The notes under the pieces: generated by a model | Told to the model about the DNA's origin: nothing | What the model saw: only the letters and a program-made list of their open reading frames with translations | Databases searched by the model: none | From: Octopus sinensis | Lineage: Eukaryota | Length of the DNA: 64,000 nt | Direction of reading: 5' to 3' | Assembly (NCBI RefSeq): GCF_006345805.1 | Contig: NC_043004.1 | Coordinates: forward strand, 41,106,001-41,170,000 | Position numbers and translations under genes: made by a program | In this document: positions 60,513 to 64,000 of the stretch, piece by piece | How positions within the stretch are numbered: the first letter of the stretch is position 1 | How the letters are laid out: every line of letters begins with the position of its first letter

Positions 60513-61157
60513 TATAGCTTGGAGAATTATAATAGGAGGGATTTAAGAACTGGGCCTTGATATGTTTCTTATTGCCCAAAAGGGGCTAAACATAAAGTGG
60601 ACAAACAAGTATAGACAAAGGGATTAAGTCAATTACACCAACTCCAGTGCATAACTGGTACTTTATTTATCGACCCCAAAAGGATGAAAAGCAAAGTCTA
60701 CCTTGGCGGAATTTGAACTCGGAACGTAACGGCAGACAAAATACGGCTATGCATTTCGCCCGGCGTGCTAATGTTTCTGCCAGCTCGCCGCCTTGATAGC
60801 CACCTGCCAATCTGCACGCTAAATTTTTCACTGCCATTACCATTATCATCAATAGCAGTAGAGCATTATCCTCATCACTAGGGTAGTGAAGTGGCAGAAG
60901 TGATACAATGTTGAAATGCGTAGCCGTATTTCGTCTGCCGTTACGTTCCGAGTTCAAATTCCGCTGAGGTTGACTTTGCCTTTCATCCTTTCAGGGTCGA
61001 TAAATAAAGTACCAGTTATGCACTGGAGTCGATGTAATCGACTTAATCCCTTTGTCTATACTTGTTTGTCCACTTTATGTTTAGCCCCTTGTGGGCAATA
61101 AGAAACATATCAAGGCCCAGTTCTTAAATCCCTCCTATTATAATTCTCCAAGCTATA
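60513..61157. repeat. Inverted duplication of a SINE A copy plus about 50 bp of unique 3' flank
   Basis: tatagcttggagaattataataggagggatttaagaactgggccttgatatg is exactly inverted at the right end; the two SINE arms share private variants. Confidence 0.9.
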
Positions 61158-61855
61158 AGTTTCAAGTTCAAATTTCACTCGTCAGATCTGCCTTTCATAC
61201 TTCCTAAAATAAAGTATAAGTCAAGACTAGTGTCATTTTAATTGTCTAACCCCACCCCATACACACACATAAAGTTTCTGGCCTTGCATCTTATATTCAA
61301 AACAATTTTTCTTATCTTCAGTAACAGCACCATCACCATGGTCCTTATCATCAAACTTAATCCTAGATCTTTGAAATGAAATAAATTTTTTCATTGATGC
61401 ACACAAGACTTGAGACATACTAGGCTTAGGAGTGGCTATATGGTAAGTAGCTTGCTTACCAACCACATGGTTCTGGGTTCAGTCCCACTGCGTGGCACTT
61501 TGGGCAAGTGTCTTCTACTATAGCCTCGGGCCGACCAAAGCCTTGTGAATGGATTTGGCGGACAGAAACTGAAAGAAGCCCGGCGTATATATGTTTATAT
61601 ATATATATGTGTGTGTATGTTTGTGTATCTGTGTTTGTCCCCCCAACGTTGCTTGACAACCGATGCTGGTGTGTTTACGTCCCTGTAACTTAGCGGTTCG
61701 GCAAAACAGACCGATAGAATAAGTACTAGGCTTACAAAGAACAAGTCCTGGGGTCGATTTGCTCGACTAAAGGCGGTGCTTCAGCATGGCCGCAGTCAAA
61801 TGACTGAAACGAGTAAAAGAGTTATTTGTTTGTAACTTGTGCTTTATCATTTCAG

Positions 61856-62069
61856 CCAGTGCCTTTGGTGGATCTCCAAGCTTCAGTTCATCAACATCTT
61901 TTGGTGGAGCTCCTGCTTTTGGAAGTAAACCTGCTTTTGGAGGAGGTGCTTCATTTGCTGGCAGTACTTTTGGAAGCGGTGCTTCACAGATATTTAATTC
62001 TTCCTTCAGCGGTGGCTCAACAGGTGTTTTTGGACAGCAGTCTCCTAACGCCACTCCAGGTTTTGCTAA
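61856..62069 (+). CDS. NUP214: Nup214 FG exon (SAFGGSPSFSSSTSFGGAPAFGSKPAFGG...)
   Basis: catttcag acceptor, AA|gtaagt donor, phase 1 to 2; FGG.PAFG repeats typical of the Nup214 C-terminus. Confidence 0.9.
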
Positions 62070-62953
62070 GTAAGTACAGACCTTTATGTATGTCATTGTA
62101 TATATTAGTGTGGCACATAAAAAGCACCTACTATACTCTCGGAGTGGTTGGCGTTAGGAAGGGCATCCAGCTGTAGAAACACTGCCAAATCAAGATTGGA
62201 GCCTGGTGCAACCATCTGGTTCGCCAGCCCTCAGTCAAAATCGTCCAACCCATGCTTGCATGGAAAGCGGACGTTAAACGATGATGATTTGTGTTTGCCA
62301 TCATTATTTAATGTCTGCTTTCCTTTCTCGCAGAAGTTAATGGTTTGACAAGAGCTGGCAAGTAAGAAAGATTGCACCAAGCTCTCTCTGCTTTCGTGCA
62401 TGGCTTCTACAGCTGGATGCTCTTCTTAATATCAACTACTTTGCAGATTGTTTGTGTGTGTATAAATCCCTTCCAAGTGGTAGTGTATTGTAAGGATGGT
62501 TTTATGAGCAGCTGATCCCAGCCCTAAATGTTAATAAAATGCTCATCAGATTTTACATTGCTTCTGTTGCTTGGTGTTGAGTTGTTCCTACCCTCTTTGC
62601 AAAATCCATACCTGCTAAAGAGGTTCTGTGCTTTTTTTTTAACACTTTACATCTATAATGGATACTATCTCGAGATAAACATTGCAGTTTTGTGGCTTTC
62701 TACATCGTATCCATGTTAAATAAGATATGCTGAATACTATCAGTCATATTTATTTTATCAACCTTGAAAGCACTGTAAAAGTTATGGGCACTGTCCCTTC
62801 CTTCTGACAAAGCAATACAAAATATTGTACAGAGCATTTAGTCTGGTGCAGTACTGTTCCTATCAACTCGTTGTCTTAACCCAGACCACTATTAAACAAA
62901 TTTTTGTTCTATAATCATGTATAATTCATTCATTTATTTATTTGTGTATTCAG

Positions 62954-63096
62954 TTTTGCACAGAGCAGCAGTCCGACATTTGGCAGTTTAGCACAGACTT
63001 CTCCAGTCCAAGGTTTCAATGAAGCACCTAGCCCTCCGAATACTGGTTTCGGTGGATTTGCTTCAGGTTCTGCATTTGGAGGCGGAAGTAGTGGAG
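62954..63096 (+). CDS. NUP214: Nup214 FG exon (FAQSSSPTFGSLAQ...GFGGFASGSAFGGGSSG); gene continues past the window
   Basis: tattcag acceptor, G|gtaaaa donor, phase 2 to 1; resembles PTFGSLSQ. Confidence 0.88.
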
Positions 63097-63254
63097 GTAA
63101 AAGTTTCCGTTTAACCCATTTGCATTCACATTACTCTGTCAAATATATGCCTTTTTATTCACATTGTTTTGAACTAATCATGCATTATCTTGTAACATAG
63201 CGATTTTAATGATGTGATTGTTTATTTTTAGAATAACATAGTAGACAGGTGTGA

Positions 63255-63599
63255 TTTTTGTTTTTCTTTTTTATTTCCCACAAGGGGACAACATAGATAA
63301 GGGCCAATACAATCTGATTGGGGTCAGATGGACGGATGAATATAACATAAAGATGACATTAAAAATTCACAAAAGTATAAATAAATCGAATGATAGGACA
63401 GTCCGGAAGACGTTACGGATGGAGTGAGAAGGCGGGTTCAATTCGGACCCCACGAGCCCCGCCTCACCACTGATACCTGAGATATGCCCTGCATCGCATT
63501 CATGAGGTTACATTCACTCGCAACATCCGTGCTACATTCTTCCATCGATTTTCAAACATTTTCACAGTCAGGCATTTCCTTTCCAGCCCTTATCTTATT
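63255..63599 (-). mobile_element. 5'-truncated Tx1/L1-like LINE end inserted in MITE family D
   Basis: 14-bp TSD gtagacaggtgtga (63241-63254, 63600-63613); minus strand encodes ..LERKCLTVKMFENRWKNVARMLRVN* and ends ccccttgtgggaaataaaaaagaaaaacaaaaa. The clade call rests on a short peptide. Confidence 0.65.
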
Positions 63600-64000
63600 G
63601 TAGACAGGTGTGAGAGGCTAGGATCTAGCTGGTTTGAACGACAAAACAAGTAGAAAATTTGGGCTGGGTATGGCCTGTTTAAATGCTAAAGGATTAAGGC
63701 TTGTAGTTTCCTCCCTGGGTAATTAACTGATGACACCAGCTCTAGGTCTTCCTTGTCCCTTGCCTGACTGAAAAAGTTGCCTCTACTCTATGTGGTCTCC
63801 ATTTGTTCAAGGCAAGCATGTCCATAAGGGTGAATAAAGACAATAAGTGTGATGGTGGGGAAACGCACATAAGAGCAAAGGATTGGTAGCAGTGGAAGTA
63901 ATAGAGGACAGTAATGATGCTGTCCCTCAACCCTGCTTGAAGTAGTACCCAAATGTTCTTTAACCTTTTAGTATTCAATTTGATCTGTTAAATGTATTCC

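Larger units (their letters stand above)
2656..63096 (+). other. NUP214: Nup214 (nuclear pore complex protein, CAN) gene body, partial: 23 coding exons traced, both ends incomplete
   Basis: Spliced translation contains FDVVWVATYMF, NFRDPCFG, MLEDSARAEVP, PVMLMLSTDGVLVPFFM, INHFQQEMNELK, QPLDP, SPLKQSQLREHLSKR and a long S/T-rich FG region, matching metazoan Nup214 motifs as I recall them. All 22 intron phases are compatible and the exon lengths sum to a continuous frame. Confidence 0.95.

Overview
AT-rich eukaryotic (animal) genomic DNA. The repeat landscape resembles an octopus/coleoid cephalopod genome; this is recall-based inference and was not verified. The window is spanned by one + strand gene, nuclear pore protein Nup214. 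I traced 23 coding exons from 2656 to 63096 with mutually consistent splice phases (5745 nt, about 1915 codons). They cover the end of the beta-propeller, the coiled-coil region and the S/T-rich FG region; the N-terminal exons and last exon lie outside the window or were not found. The introns are packed with mobile DNA: three tRNA-headed SINE families, many RTE 3' tails, one near full-length but disrupted RTE LINE whose RT carries a PHD finger, Tigger/pogo and mariner remnants, CR1 and Tx1/L1-like fragments, piggyBac-, hAT- and Tc1-type MITEs, and non-autonomous Helitrons. Most notable observations: (1) a 2.08-kb element encoding only a gag-like ORF1, inserted in a SINE with a 14-bp TSD; (2) a 3' terminal motif and 14-17-bp TSDs shared by that element, a Tx1-like LINE fragment and SINE family A, suggesting one retrotransposition network; (3) two families of Penelope-type minimal hammerhead-like motifs, one fused to a tRNA-like head; (4) several long intronic hairpins; (5) a decayed duplicate of a Nup214 exon, a GC-AG intron and a skippable acidic exon. 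Repeat boundaries are approximate unless a TSD or TIR is quoted.
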